A stretch of DNA of 64,000 nucleotides from an uncultured bacterium (GCA_963765625.1 CAVXXD010000013.1:103394-167393), one strand, 5' to 3'; counted from the stretch's first letter, positions 48,979 to 58,516 are shown. Made by a program: numbers and translations. The notes: a model not told the origin generated them from the letters alone.

Positions 48979-49676
48979 ACCCCCAGCCAGCGGAACATGT
49001 ACGGGGGAGGGAAGTAGGCCAGGTGGGCGGCGATGCCGGATAAGATGGTAAGCAGCCGTGAGATCAGAACAACAGCGCTGCTCCGGTTGATCAGCATGCC
49101 CCAGCCCAGGGCCAGCAGCCCCAGGCAGATCACCGTCATCACCAGGCGGTAGCGGACCAGCCGGCTTTCACTGACCGGCAGGAGCAACGCCAGAAAAGCC
49201 ACCAGGCTGGCTGCCAGCGGTAGGATCCCAACTATCAGGTAGTAGACGGCAACCCGTTTACTCACGAAGTCCCAGGTGGAACCCCAGTTGAAATCCTTGG
49301 CGACCACCGAGGTGGAGAAGATCAGGCCGACCCCGACCAGGGCCAGCGCCACGCCCAGTACCATCAGCTTCCAGCTGAGGCCGTACTTTCCCCAGAGCAG
49401 GTAGCTGGCAAAAAAGAAGTACGGGACGATGGTGAGAAAGGCGAAACTGTAGCTGAGCCGGAATGCAAACTGGTCGGCCAGGGGGTGGCCGGTCAGGTTG
49501 AACACCTGGGTCATGCAGGTCAAGAAAGCGGTGACGCCTAAGTTCAGCCAGACTAAGCCGTAAGCGATGAAGGCAGGGGTGAAATCCCCGGGCCTTTCCC
49601 GGTACTTGACGACATGATGCATCCCCACGCTGAAAAAGAGCGCGAAGATGACTGTCGCTGAAAACAAGCTGATCAT
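48915..49676 (-). CDS. hypothetical polytopic membrane protein
   Basis: Seven to eight TM helices; C-terminal SEGSEGSEGS encoded by the same 9-bp tandem repeat, in the 64-nt overlap with the convergent MscS gene. Confidence 0.4.
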   Translation of the reverse strand: MISLFSATVIFALFFSVGMHHVVKYRERPGDFTPAFIAYGLVWLNLGVTAFLTCMTQVFNLTGHPLADQFAFRLSYSFAFLTIVPYFFFASYLLWGKYGLSWKLMVLGVALALVGVGLIFSTSVVAKDFNWGSTWDFVSKRVAVYYLIVGILPLAASLVAFLALLLPVSESRLVRYRLVMTVICLGLLALGWGMLINRSSAVVLISRLLTILSGIAAHLAYFPPPYMFRWLGVQDDSEGSEGSEGSAGTSQVE

Positions 49677-49725
49677 TTGACTCCGTTCCCGGAGTTGAAT
49701 CTCCGGTCTTTGCCGGCCGCCTCAG

Positions 49726-49959
49726 TCAGTCCAGCTCAACCACCAGGCGGGTGTCGGTCCCTCTGACGCCCTCGATATTGTGAAGGTCAGCCAGGATGAC
49801 GTCGCCGACCTTCTTGGCGTCGTCCGCCTCCAGCATGATGACGAGGTCGTCCGGCCCGGTCAAGCCGAATGCCTGGCTGACGTTGCGCAGGTCCCTGACG
49901 GCGTTGTAGACGTCCCTGACCTTCCCCGGTTCCACCTTGATAAGAACGAATGCCTTCAT
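49726..49959 (-). CDS. Lrp/AsnC C-terminal (RAM) domain-only protein
   Basis: 77 aa from MKAFVLIKV...VRGTDTRLV, the AsnC ligand-binding domain alone; GGAGGTTGAGG RBS. Confidence 0.55.
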   Translation of the reverse strand: MKAFVLIKVEPGKVRDVYNAVRDLRNVSQAFGLTGPDDLVIMLEADDAKKVGDVILADLHNIEGVRGTDTRLVVELD

Positions 49960-50124
49960 CCTCAACCTCCTCAGGTCTGCTTGTATTTCTATCAATATAT
50001 TTCCATCTTGACCCTCCGTCAAACCGCGGCCACTCCCCGGCCGGGGCCGGACACTGGATTTTGCGCTTGGAATTTGCAAAGAAGAGTGGTAGCATTATTG
50101 TCCGTACGATTAGGAGGTAATGAG

Positions 50125-50316
50125 ATGTCCAAGATCTGCGAAGTATGCGGCAAGCAGCCAAGTTTCGGCTGTAATGTGAGCCATTCGCACAGGAAGACCA
50201 ATCGCCGGTGGAACCCCAACATCCAGCGGGTGAGGGCCATCGTTGACGGTACGCCGAAGCGGGTCAACGTCTGCACCAAGTGCATGAAGGCCGGCAAGGT
50301 CGACCGCGCTAAATAA
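50125..50316 (+). CDS. rpmB: 50S ribosomal protein L28
   Basis: MSKICEVCGK...SHSHRKTNRRWNPN L28 signature; AGGAGG RBS. Confidence 0.85.
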   Translation: MSKICEVCGKQPSFGCNVSHSHRKTNRRWNPNIQRVRAIVDGTPKRVNVCTKCMKAGKVDRAK

Positions 50317-50337
50317 GGAATACCGCGTTAGTCTCAC

Positions 50338-50367
50338 ATGGGGCGGCCCCGGCCGCCTCTTTGCTTT
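50338..50367 (+). terminator. terminator-like GC hairpin after rpmB
   Basis: GGCGGCC-CC-GGCCGCC then TCTTTGCTTTG. Confidence 0.4.
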
Positions 50368-50544
50368 GCCCGGAACTGGATTGTCGACAATCGCGGCATA
50401 AGTGGGGCAACCTCCCCCGGCAAGATGATAGAATAACCTTGCTGTTCCGGGTAAGGCGGTCCAACAAGAAACACCTGCCGTAGCTTCTTCTTTGTACTTC
50501 TCCTATCCCTGCGATCGCCGATCAGATCTCATGGGGGTAGGCAT

Positions 50545-52014
50545 ATGTCTGAGAACGATTTTGACTGCGTAGTGATCGGCGGCGGGGTCGGGGGGATGTG
50601 CGCGGCGGCCATGATGGCCCACTACGGCTACAGGACCCTGGTGGCCGAGAAGAGGCCGCGGTTGGGCGGGCGGTTTTCCACCATGGAGATCGACGGCTTC
50701 AAGTGCCCGACCGGCGCGGCCATCGTCACCCGCGGTACCGAACTCGAGGAGACCTTCAAGGTGACCGGCGCGGATTTCGACATCGTCAAGTGCTCGACGG
50801 TCGCCTGGCAGATAGGCGACAAAACCTATGACGTGACCGGCAAAGGCATGTTCAAGACCCTGGCCCTGCTGCTCACCCTGCCACCCCGGCTCTACAAGTT
50901 CGCCTTCATGACCATGACCAACGTCTTCCGCTCCATGGGCGAGATGCTCTTCTTCCGCTTCCTCAACCTCTTTCGCCCCGAGGAGAAGTGGACCTTTCGC
51001 CGCAAGGACAAAGGTTCCCTGACCAGCCGGGAATGGACCATGAAGTACACCGACGACCCGGTGGTGATCCAAGCTTCGCACGCCTTCCTCTCCGCCCTGT
51101 TCAACGCCATCAACGACTTCGAGTGCCCGGCTTCCGACGTCTTCGCCTTTGCCGCCAGCATGGCTAACCCCTTCAAGGCCCATACCTTCGGCTACGCCCG
51201 GCGCGGCAACGTCGAGCTGATGGATTCCCTGGGCCGCGTGGTCGAGCGAGAAGGCGGCGAGGTATTGAGGTCCACCGAGGTCAAGGAGATAAAGATGGCC
51301 AACGGCAGGGTCACCGGCGTGGTGCTCTCCGGCCCCGAAGGTGAGCGGGAGGTCTCCGCCAGGACGGTGATCAGCAACGCCGGGCCCAGCGCTACCATGG
51401 AGATGGTCGGCAAGGAGAACTACCCGCGGGACTACGTGCGCAAGCTCAACCAGACCCTGCGGCCCGCCCCCATCGTCATGTGTCACGTGGCCAGCGATGT
51501 CCCCCTGCTGGACCACAAGGGCCTGGTGGTCACCTCCGGTACCAGGACCATCGTCGGCGCCGTCCAGCTGACCCTGCACACCACCGACGTAGCCCCGCCC
51601 GGCCAGCACCTCCTGTGGACCTTCGCCACCCCCTCCTGCTGCACCCGCAAGCTCGACGTCGAGCTGGAGAGGAACAACAACCTGGAAGATCTCGAGACCG
51701 CCTTTCCTCTTTATAAAGAACACGGCCGCCTGCTGGAGATGGTCATCAAGGACATCGACGACGACCTGCCCTGCCTGCGCACCTGGCCCGGCTACGACAT
51801 GCCGGTGACCACCCCCATCCCCAACCTCTTCAACGTCGGCGACGGGGTCAAGGACTTCGGCTGGACGGGCTGTCCGGCCTGCGCCAAGAGCGCCTGGAAG
51901 GTGGTGGACAAGATCCGCCGCGACTTCCCGGCCCCTGCCGCCGGCACCGGCGGTTCCATCGCGGCCGGCAGTACCGCATACGCCGGCATTTCCGTTACGG
52001 CCAGCAGAGTATGA
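50545..52014 (+). CDS. FAD-dependent oxidoreductase, CrtI/amine-oxidase superfamily
   Basis: DCVVIGGGVGGMCAAAMMAHYGYRTLVAEKRPRLGGR dinucleotide-binding motif. Confidence 0.65.
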   Translation: MSENDFDCVVIGGGVGGMCAAAMMAHYGYRTLVAEKRPRLGGRFSTMEIDGFKCPTGAAIVTRGTELEETFKVTGADFDIVKCSTVAWQIGDKTYDVTGKGMFKTLALLLTLPPRLYKFAFMTMTNVFRSMGEMLFFRFLNLFRPEEKWTFRRKDKGSLTSREWTMKYTDDPVVIQASHAFLSALFNAINDFECPASDVFAFAASMANPFKAHTFGYARRGNVELMDSLGRVVEREGGEVLRSTEVKEIKMANGRVTGVVLSGPEGEREVSARTVISNAGPSATMEMVGKENYPRDYVRKLNQTLRPAPIVMCHVASDVPLLDHKGLVVTSGTRTIVGAVQLTLHTTDVAPPGQHLLWTFATPSCCTRKLDVELERNNNLEDLETAFPLYKEHGRLLEMVIKDIDDDLPCLRTWPGYDMPVTTPIPNLFNVGDGVKDFGWTGCPACAKSAWKVVDKIRRDFPAPAAGTGGSIAAGSTAYAGISVTASRV

Positions 52015-52030
52015 GGAAGGGAGGCTTCAC

Positions 52031-53371
52031 ATGGATAAGGCATATGACGTGATCGTGGTCGGGGCTGGGGTCGCGGGCCTGGGCGTGGGCGGGATACTCG
52101 CCCGCGCCGGGAAGAAGGTTCTGGTGCTGGAGAAGAACTCCAACGTGGGCGGCCGGGCCGCTACTTTTACCAGGGACGGCTGGGTGCGGAGCATCGGCCA
52201 GCATGCCGCCCTGAAAGATCAGCGATACGACGCGCTTCTTGGCAAACTGGAGGTCGATTGCCCCCGCGAGTATTTCGGTGACCTGCAGATGTACCACGAG
52301 GGCGCCTTCAAGAGCGTCTTCGAGATAATCCCCACCCTGGTCGCCCGGCTCAGCCCGGAAGATATGGCCAGGATAGGGGAACAGGTACTCAATCCCGACA
52401 TCGATATGGACGCCCTGGACGACATCGCCGCCGACGCCTGGCTGGCGGACATCGTCACCGACGAGGTGATGGTCAACTTCATGCGCATGGCGGCCATCAT
52501 CATGACCACCATCCCCTTTCTGGGAGAGATGTCCGCCAGCGTCCTGAAGGAATCGATGATGATCATCACCCGCACCATGGAGACCTGGCTGGCCGCCAAC
52601 GGCATGGGCGAGTTCATGGAAGCCATGGCCGCCGACATCCGCGCCCACGGCGGGGAGGTCAGCACCGGCACCCCGGTGGAGCGCATCCTCATCCGTGACG
52701 GCAAGGTGGCGGGGGTACTAGTGGGTGAGAGTGTCGCGGAGGAGATCGAGGGCGAGTTCGGTGGTGTAACCCGGATCGAGGCACCGGTGGTGATATCTGC
52801 CATCCCCGTCTGGGAGATCTTCAAGATCATCCCGGAGGAGGAGTTCCCGGAGGGCTTCGTGGAGCAGGCCTGGAAGGTGGAGAAGCGCACCGCCAACCTC
52901 GGCCTCACCGCCGGTCTGAAGAAGTCGGTCTACGAGGGCCGCGGGCTGATCATGGTAGACTATCCCAGCGTCGGGTACCCGGGCAGCATCTTCATGCCCA
53001 CCAATATCTGCCCCAAACTGGCCCCAGAGGGATGCCAGCTTTTCGAAGCCTCCATCATCTGCGACTACGACGTCCGCAAGGACCCGGAGAAACTCCACCA
53101 CATGATGGACATGCTCTACCGGGACCTGGCGGAGTGGTTCCCCGGCTGGGACAGCGAGGCACTATGGATAAAGAACTACTTCCACTACGAGGAGCCCAAG
53201 CGCACCCCGGGCCGCGCCGGCAAGAACCGCCCCGGTTACACCGTGGCCGGGATCGACGGGTTGTACCTCTGCGGGGACTCCATCGGCTCGCGCGCCCTGC
53301 CGGGGCTGGAGTGCGCCGCGGACTCCGCCATCAACTGCGCGGAGGCGGTCCTGGGCGGCTCCGCTCAATAG
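52031..53371 (+). CDS. FAD-dependent oxidoreductase, CrtI/amine-oxidase superfamily (paralog of the upstream gene)
   Basis: DVIVVGAGVAGLGVGGILARAGKKVLVLEKNSNVGGR motif; start 17 nt after the previous stop. Confidence 0.65.
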   Translation: MDKAYDVIVVGAGVAGLGVGGILARAGKKVLVLEKNSNVGGRAATFTRDGWVRSIGQHAALKDQRYDALLGKLEVDCPREYFGDLQMYHEGAFKSVFEIIPTLVARLSPEDMARIGEQVLNPDIDMDALDDIAADAWLADIVTDEVMVNFMRMAAIIMTTIPFLGEMSASVLKESMMIITRTMETWLAANGMGEFMEAMAADIRAHGGEVSTGTPVERILIRDGKVAGVLVGESVAEEIEGEFGGVTRIEAPVVISAIPVWEIFKIIPEEEFPEGFVEQAWKVEKRTANLGLTAGLKKSVYEGRGLIMVDYPSVGYPGSIFMPTNICPKLAPEGCQLFEASIICDYDVRKDPEKLHHMMDMLYRDLAEWFPGWDSEALWIKNYFHYEEPKRTPGRAGKNRPGYTVAGIDGLYLCGDSIGSRALPGLECAADSAINCAEAVLGGSAQ

Positions 53372-53832
53372 GAATGGCCGTTGGGGCACCTGGCGTAAGG
53401 CGGGTTGCCGGACACGATGATGTAGGGTGATCCGTCGGTTGGGCACGTAGGCCACTCCTTCAGGTACATGGGAACGTAGTCGTCCGGGTTGGTGGAATAC
53501 CCGCTGCCATAAGCGCGATACTGCATGATGGCCCCGTCGATGGTCCTGAGGTTGTCCCGGCATTCCCCCTCCTCGGCATTGGCCTTGGCGGAGTTGAAAA
53601 CGGGGATGGCCACGACGGCGACCAGCAGGCCGGCGATCAGCAGGCCCACCACCCCCAGGGTCACCCACAGCCACACCTTGCTCTCCTTCTGGGGCGGGGA
53701 ATAGTAAACCGGCTGTTGGTAGGGCCCCGGTAATTGAGGCTGCGCCTGCGGGGTGAGGCCGGCGCCGCAGGCGATGCAGAAGCCGGCTCCGTCCTGGTTG
53801 ATACCGCCGCAATTCGGGCATGTGACCGCCAT
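53365..53832 (-). CDS. zinc-ribbon + TM + pilin-like domain protein
   Basis: MAVTCPNCGG...CIACG zinc ribbon, Pro/Gln-rich linker, TM helix, then a pilin-like segment FNSAKANAEEGECRDNLRTIDGAIMQY. Confidence 0.4.
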   Translation of the reverse strand: MAVTCPNCGGINQDGAGFCIACGAGLTPQAQPQLPGPYQQPVYYSPPQKESKVWLWVTLGVVGLLIAGLLVAVVAIPVFNSAKANAEEGECRDNLRTIDGAIMQYRAYGSGYSTNPDDYVPMYLKEWPTCPTDGSPYIIVSGNPPYARCPNGHSY

Positions 53833-53873
53833 CTTCTGGTCCTTTCTTTCTAAGTGATATCCGCTAGCCGGGG

Positions 53874-54353
53874 CTAGAACTTCATCAAGCCGCCGAAGGC
53901 CGTGAAGAGCCCGGCGAAGAAGCAGCCCACCATGGACACGTACTCGATGTTGTACAACGCGGTGTCCTTGTAGGGGAAGACCATGGCCATGACGGAGATG
54001 ACGATAATGACGCCGGCGCATCCCATGTAGACCCATCCGGGGCTGCGGGACAGCCAGAAGTCCTTGTTGAAAAGCTTGGAGAACATCACGAACGTCGCGA
54101 AGATGAAACAGCCGAGGGCACACACCAGTATGATGATGCCGTAGGGCGTCTCGAAGCCCTTGTAAATGGAAGCCTCCTTGCCGATCTCCGGCACCTTCAG
54201 GGTGTAGAAGTCGAGAAAACAGAAGAGCACGCAGATGGCCGACGCTACCTGGGCGACGAAGTCGCCGATGGGTTTCGCGGCGTCCCTCATATCCGCGGCC
54301 AGCGCAGGATTCTTTGCCTCCGCTTTACCCTCTATCTTCACACCCGCTTCCAT
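53874..54353 (-). CDS. hypothetical membrane protein
   Basis: Four TM helices; no recognised motif. Confidence 0.35.
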   Translation of the reverse strand: MEAGVKIEGKAEAKNPALAADMRDAAKPIGDFVAQVASAICVLFCFLDFYTLKVPEIGKEASIYKGFETPYGIIILVCALGCFIFATFVMFSKLFNKDFWLSRSPGWVYMGCAGVIIVISVMAMVFPYKDTALYNIEYVSMVGCFFAGLFTAFGGLMKF

Positions 54354-54480
54354 ATGCCACCTCCAGTTTCGAAAGCCTGACAACCCTGCCACCAACATGT
54401 TAGTTCTATAATATGACCCGGATTCCTTCAGCCGGTCGAGCAGGGAAGCCGCCGTGATTCGATGTTACAATGATGGGAAT

Positions 54481-54555
54481 GCCGGTGTAGCTCAAGGGTA
54501 GAGCCACCGCCTTGTAAGCGGTAGGTTGGAGGTTCGATTCCTCTCACCGGCTCCA
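54481..54555 (+). tRNA. tRNA-Thr (anticodon UGU), CCA encoded
   Basis: Cloverleaf: acceptor GCCGGTG/CACCGGC, D-arm GCTC-AAGGGTA-GAGC, anticodon stem ACCGC/GCGGT with loop CUUGUAA (UGU), T-arm GGAGG-TTCGATT-CCTCT, discriminator T, then CCA. Confidence 0.8.
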
Positions 54556-54560
54556 ACGTT

Positions 54561-54594
54561 TAGAGCCACCGCCTTGTAAGCGGTAGGTTGGAGG
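54561..54594 (+). repeat. 34-nt exact duplicate of an internal tRNA-Thr segment (tRNA positions 54499-54532) 5 nt after the tRNA 3' end
   Basis: TAGAGCCACCGCCTTGTAAGCGGTAGGTTGGAGG occurs twice (54499-54532 and 54561-54594). Confidence 0.7.
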
Positions 54595-54600
54595 TATGTT

Positions 54601-54640
54601 AAAGGGCGGGACGCGGGTCCCGCCCTTGCTTCTTCTAAAA
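54601..54640. terminator. bidirectional terminator-like hairpin between tRNA-Thr and the convergent radical SAM gene
   Basis: AAGGGCGGGAC-GCG-GGTCCCGCCCTT followed by GCTTCTTCT. Confidence 0.5.
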
Positions 54641-54648
54641 GAAACCGG

Positions 54649-55881
54649 TTACGCCGTGGCTTCCTTCTCCGCGCTCGCGCTCTTCTTCGCGGCGATCTCG
54701 CGCCAGACCGGGTCGACGAGCTCGATGGGATAGGGCAGTTCCACTCCTTCGGGGATGTTGTGGATGTACTTCCGCCGGAACTCCGGGTCCTGCATGCGGC
54801 AGGTCATGGTCTTGCGGTCGTACTCGGGGTGGAGTTTCATGCGGTTCCAGATGTCGGCCAGAGGCTCCTCGCGGACGTTGCCGAAGGTCAGCGGGTTGAA
54901 ATCGCAGGGGGTGACGAAGCCGCTGTGGGTCATGTGGATCTGCCACTTGACGCCGAAGCACCCCATGATGCTGGTGTTGTTGACGTGGGCCATGTAGCAG
55001 ACGCGGGGGCCCTTGCCGTTTTTCCACTGGCCCTCGTGGATCTTGCAGATCTCGTCGCGCTCGTCGTCGGTGAGGATGAGATCGTCCTGCTTGAGCAGCT
55101 TGCCGGTGGGCACCAGGTCGAAGATGGTCAGCTCGTGGATGCCCAGGTCGTCGGCGAGCTCCAGGTACTTGTGGTGGTAGTCCTTGCGCAGCTGCTCCTT
55201 GCCCATGTAGGTGGAGAGGCCCACGCACATGTCCATTTTCACGGCCCGGCGGATGCCCTCGGTCACCGTCTCGTAGAGGCCGTCCACGCCGCGCAGGAGG
55301 TCGTGCTCCTCGGCGTAGGGGCTGTCCAGGCTGACGAACATGGTGTCGCACCCGGCCGCCTTGACCCGCTTGAGGTTCTCCTCGGTCAGCAGGGAGCCGT
55401 TGGTGAAGAGGTCGGCCACGCAGCCGTTGTCGACGATGCGCTTGACCAGCACTTCCAGGTCGGGGTGGAGGAAGGGCTCGCCCCCGGTGATGATGAGGTC
55501 GGTCAGGCCCATGGCGGCGCACTGGTCGATGACCGAGCACCACTCAGCGGTGGTGAGGGTGTCGGTGGTATTGCGGCCGTGGGCCGAGCAGTGGACGCAG
55601 CGGGCGTTGCACTTCGGGGTCACGGCCATGGTGATGGCGTGGGGGGCCCAGTCGCGCCCCAGGCCGCGGTTGATGATGTTCTGGTAGAAGTCCTGGTAGG
55701 CCTGGGACTTCATCGGCGGCAGGTGGTAGGTGTAGCGGTCCGAGCGGGCGAACTTGATGAAGGGAAAGTGGGGGCCCATGTTCTTGATCAGCCATCCGCC
55801 GGCTACCATGAACATGGGGAAGGTGGGGGGACCGAAGGTCCTGTAGATGCTTCGCTGTATTCTTCGTACTCTCGTTGCCAT
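54649..55881 (-). CDS. radical SAM protein with SPASM/twitch-like C-terminal Cys cluster and ~100-aa N-terminal extension
   Basis: CNARCVHC (CxxxCxxC) rSAM motif, GGEP; C-terminal CYMAHVNN...GCFG...PCDFNP Cys cluster. Start at MATRV (55881) after AAAGGAG. Confidence 0.65.
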   Translation of the reverse strand: MATRVRRIQRSIYRTFGPPTFPMFMVAGGWLIKNMGPHFPFIKFARSDRYTYHLPPMKSQAYQDFYQNIINRGLGRDWAPHAITMAVTPKCNARCVHCSAHGRNTTDTLTTAEWCSVIDQCAAMGLTDLIITGGEPFLHPDLEVLVKRIVDNGCVADLFTNGSLLTEENLKRVKAAGCDTMFVSLDSPYAEEHDLLRGVDGLYETVTEGIRRAVKMDMCVGLSTYMGKEQLRKDYHHKYLELADDLGIHELTIFDLVPTGKLLKQDDLILTDDERDEICKIHEGQWKNGKGPRVCYMAHVNNTSIMGCFGVKWQIHMTHSGFVTPCDFNPLTFGNVREEPLADIWNRMKLHPEYDRKTMTCRMQDPEFRRKYIHNIPEGVELPYPIELVDPVWREIAAKKSASAEKEATA

Positions 55882-56049
55882 GGCTACGCTCGAAACTCCT
55901 TTCGTTCTCGCCCCTCCCGGCCGATATTCAATTAAGTTAGTAGTCATTAACCTGACTAGTATATGTTAACACAAATTTTCGGTCAGGCAACTGATCTCAC
56001 TTTACCTGGTCGACCAAATGATTATCGGGGGTTGGCGGAAGCGGAGCGA

Positions 56050-56559
56050 TCACCGGAAGCGGAGTTCGTCCAGGAGGCGGCGCACCTCTTCGGGCACGCG
56101 CTCCTCCAGGCGGGGGCTTCGCTGGGCTGTGCGCAGGGTCTCGGATTCCGAGGCGATCTCGGCCTGGGCCCCTTCCACCTCGCCGGCCAGCTGGGCCGCG
56201 CTGATTATCCGGGCCCCGTGAAAGAAGGCCAGGTCACCTTCGGCATGATCGCCGGTGGCCACACTGACCTCGTAGTTGGCCGCCATGCGGCGCGTCAGTT
56301 CCTCGATGAGGGCATCGGCCGACTGGTCGCGGCGGGAGAAAAGGACCTTCAGGCCGCCCCTTTCTTCCAGCTGGACGAAGGGGCGGTCCGCCGTACCGCC
56401 GTCGAAGACCACCCAGACCTGGAAGGACTCCAGGTCGGCCAGGGGCTCGAGAGAGGAAAGAAGCCCTTCGCGCGCCAGCTCCAGCTTTTCTTCCAGCAGC
56501 GCGGACAGGCGCGGCCAGGCGTGGATGATGTTATATCCGTCGACCAGGAGTACCCTCAC
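56050..56559 (-). CDS. yacP: NYN/PIN-domain RNA-binding protein YacP (Rae1-like)
   Basis: LLVDGYNIIHAW...VVFDG pattern; canonical position directly downstream of rlmB. Confidence 0.65.
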   Translation of the reverse strand: MRVLLVDGYNIIHAWPRLSALLEEKLELAREGLLSSLEPLADLESFQVWVVFDGGTADRPFVQLEERGGLKVLFSRRDQSADALIEELTRRMAANYEVSVATGDHAEGDLAFFHGARIISAAQLAGEVEGAQAEIASESETLRTAQRSPRLEERVPEEVRRLLDELRFR

Positions 56560-56569
56560 TGCACTTGCC

Positions 56570-57324
56570 TCAGGAGGCTCTAGCGGCCTTCCTCTGCCGC
56601 ATGGCCTCGAAGAGCAGCACGGCGGAAGCGGCGCCGACGTTCAGAGAAGGGATCTTGCCGTACGTGGGGATGCGCACCAGCAGGTCGCAGTGTTCCTGCA
56701 CCAGGCGGGAGATGCCGCGGTGTTCCGCCCCCATCACCAGGGCCATCGAGCCGGTGAAGTCCGCCTCGTAGCATGTCTGTTCGGCCTCGGCCGCCGCGCC
56801 CACCACCCAGAAACCGGCCTGCTTCAGCTCTTCGATAACCATGGTCAGGTTGGGCACGGTGCAGATATTCATGTGCTCCAGCGCACCCGAGGCCACGTGG
56901 GCCACGGTGGGGGTCACCGGCGCGGCGCGGTGGCGGGGGAGGATGATGGCGTAGACCCCGGCAACCTCGGCGGTGCGGATGATGCCGCCCAGGTTCTGGG
57001 GATCGGTGACGCCGTCCAGCAGCAGCAACAGGGGCTTCTCCTCCTCTTGCGCCATGTTCTCCATGAGCTTGCGGAAGCCGATGTAGCGGAAGGGCTCCAC
57101 CCGCAGGATGACGCCCTGGTTGTTCTCGGTCTTGGCCAGGCGGTCCAGTTCTTCGCGGGGCATGTTGAAGACCGAGCACCCTGTTGCGCCGGGCCAGGCT
57201 TGGTGATCTCCGCCATGGACCGGTCTTCTTTCAGGGTCTTGGAAAGAAGCAGCTCGTAGGCGGCACGGGGGCCCCTCAAAGCCTCCAGTACTGAGTTCTT
57301 GCCTTCGATCTGTTCGTACTTCAT
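56570..57324 (-). CDS. rlmB: 23S rRNA (guanosine-2'-O-)-methyltransferase RlmB (SpoU/TrmH family), one frameshift near 57180
   Basis: SpoU motifs (LLLLDGVTDPQNLGGIIRTAEV, LVMGAEHRGIS, IPTYGKIPSLNVGAASAVLLFE) in the 56570 frame; the N-terminal substrate-binding part (MKYEQIEGKNSVLEAL) is in the 56914 frame. Confidence 0.7.
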
Positions 57325-57374
57325 GGAGACAATGATAGCACAGCGGCGCTGCCGTTCGGTGGGGCAGTCGAGGG

Positions 57375-58209
57375 TCAGTTGATGTTGAAGCGGTCGTTGA
57401 TGTTCTGCTCCAGGCGGAAGGCTTCTTTTAGTTCGTCGGAGCACTTGTCGCCGCAGGTGATGACGATGAGCCTCTTCTCCCCGGGGTCGTCGGGGTTTTC
57501 CAGCGAAGTGAAGATGGCCAGGATGGTGCGGTTGACCGCGGGAAGGTGCAGGGGGACGATCAACCCTTCCTCGCCGTGGAACTCGAAGCCGGGCTTGAGG
57601 TTGAGGCGGCTCCAGCAGACCCGGTCACCGGGGAGGAGCTCGCAGTTGCACCAGGCGCAGTAGAAGAGGGCTTCTTCTTCGGCTTCCTCCTCGTCGTCCC
57701 AGCCCTCCCAGTCCTCCAGGTCGTCGAGCTCGTCGGTGAAATCCTCCTCGCTGGAGAATCCCTGCTCGATCAGCCAGGCGCGGATCAGCCCGCAGTCACG
57801 GGGCTCGATGTAGACGGCATCTTCTTCAGCGTCCGGTGCTCCGCTCGTTCAGCTCGTCGTCAGCCGTGTCGGCAGGGACGCAGGTGATGTCGCATTCGCC
57901 GCATTCCGCGCAGACGTTGTAATGGCCGCATTCCAGGTCGGGGGTGATGATGGGGGCGCAGCACTCGATGCACCACATACCGCCGCAGGTTTTGCACAGG
58001 CCTACCGCGGGGTTGTCCAGGTCCTCCACTCCGGTCAGGTCCATGGTGAACTCGCTGCCGCAGTGGACACACGATCCCACCCACATCTCGGCCAGGAAGA
58101 CGCCTTCGTCGTCCAGGGGCTCCCGCATGGCCTGACGCAGCCTCACCTTGGTGAGGTCGTCGAGTTCCCGCCATACGGAGTGGGTTGATTCGGGATCTAT
58201 GTCGGGCAT
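57375..58209 (-). CDS. hypothetical cysteine-rich, acidic protein, one frameshift near 57835
   Basis: Multiple CxxC pairs (CVHCG, CKTCGG, CIECC, CAECGEC, CAWCNC, CGDKC), acidic linker DDLEDWEGWDDEEEAEEE. Two reading frames join after a 1-nt indel. Confidence 0.4.
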
Positions 58210-58516
58210 TCCCCTTTCTCCCTTTACGTTCGCTTGCTCCCCCTGATGCGCGGCGATTTTCAACCTTCTAAACTCAACATATTACCGGGTGTGAAACAAG
58301 TCAATAGGGGGGGATTCACGCAGCCTCGAGCCCGAGATTGCCGCCGGTGAAATGCGACATCGAATGTCGTATTTTACTACCATGCGCTGTCCAATTTGAC
58401 AGGTACGTTTGTCCTATTGCTGTCATAATGAATAAGTTGACGCGAAGCTGGAGTGGGTATGGACAAGAGGAAACCTGTTCAAAGAAGGAAGGCACCCTGA
58501 GATCGAGAAGGCCTGG

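Noticed and set aside
50503-51723. 406-aa minus-strand ORF
   Set aside because: Antisense to the FAD-dependent oxidoreductase at 50545-52014.
54760-55935. 391-aa plus-strand ORF
   Set aside because: Antisense to the radical SAM gene, whose CxxxCxxC motif is on the minus strand.
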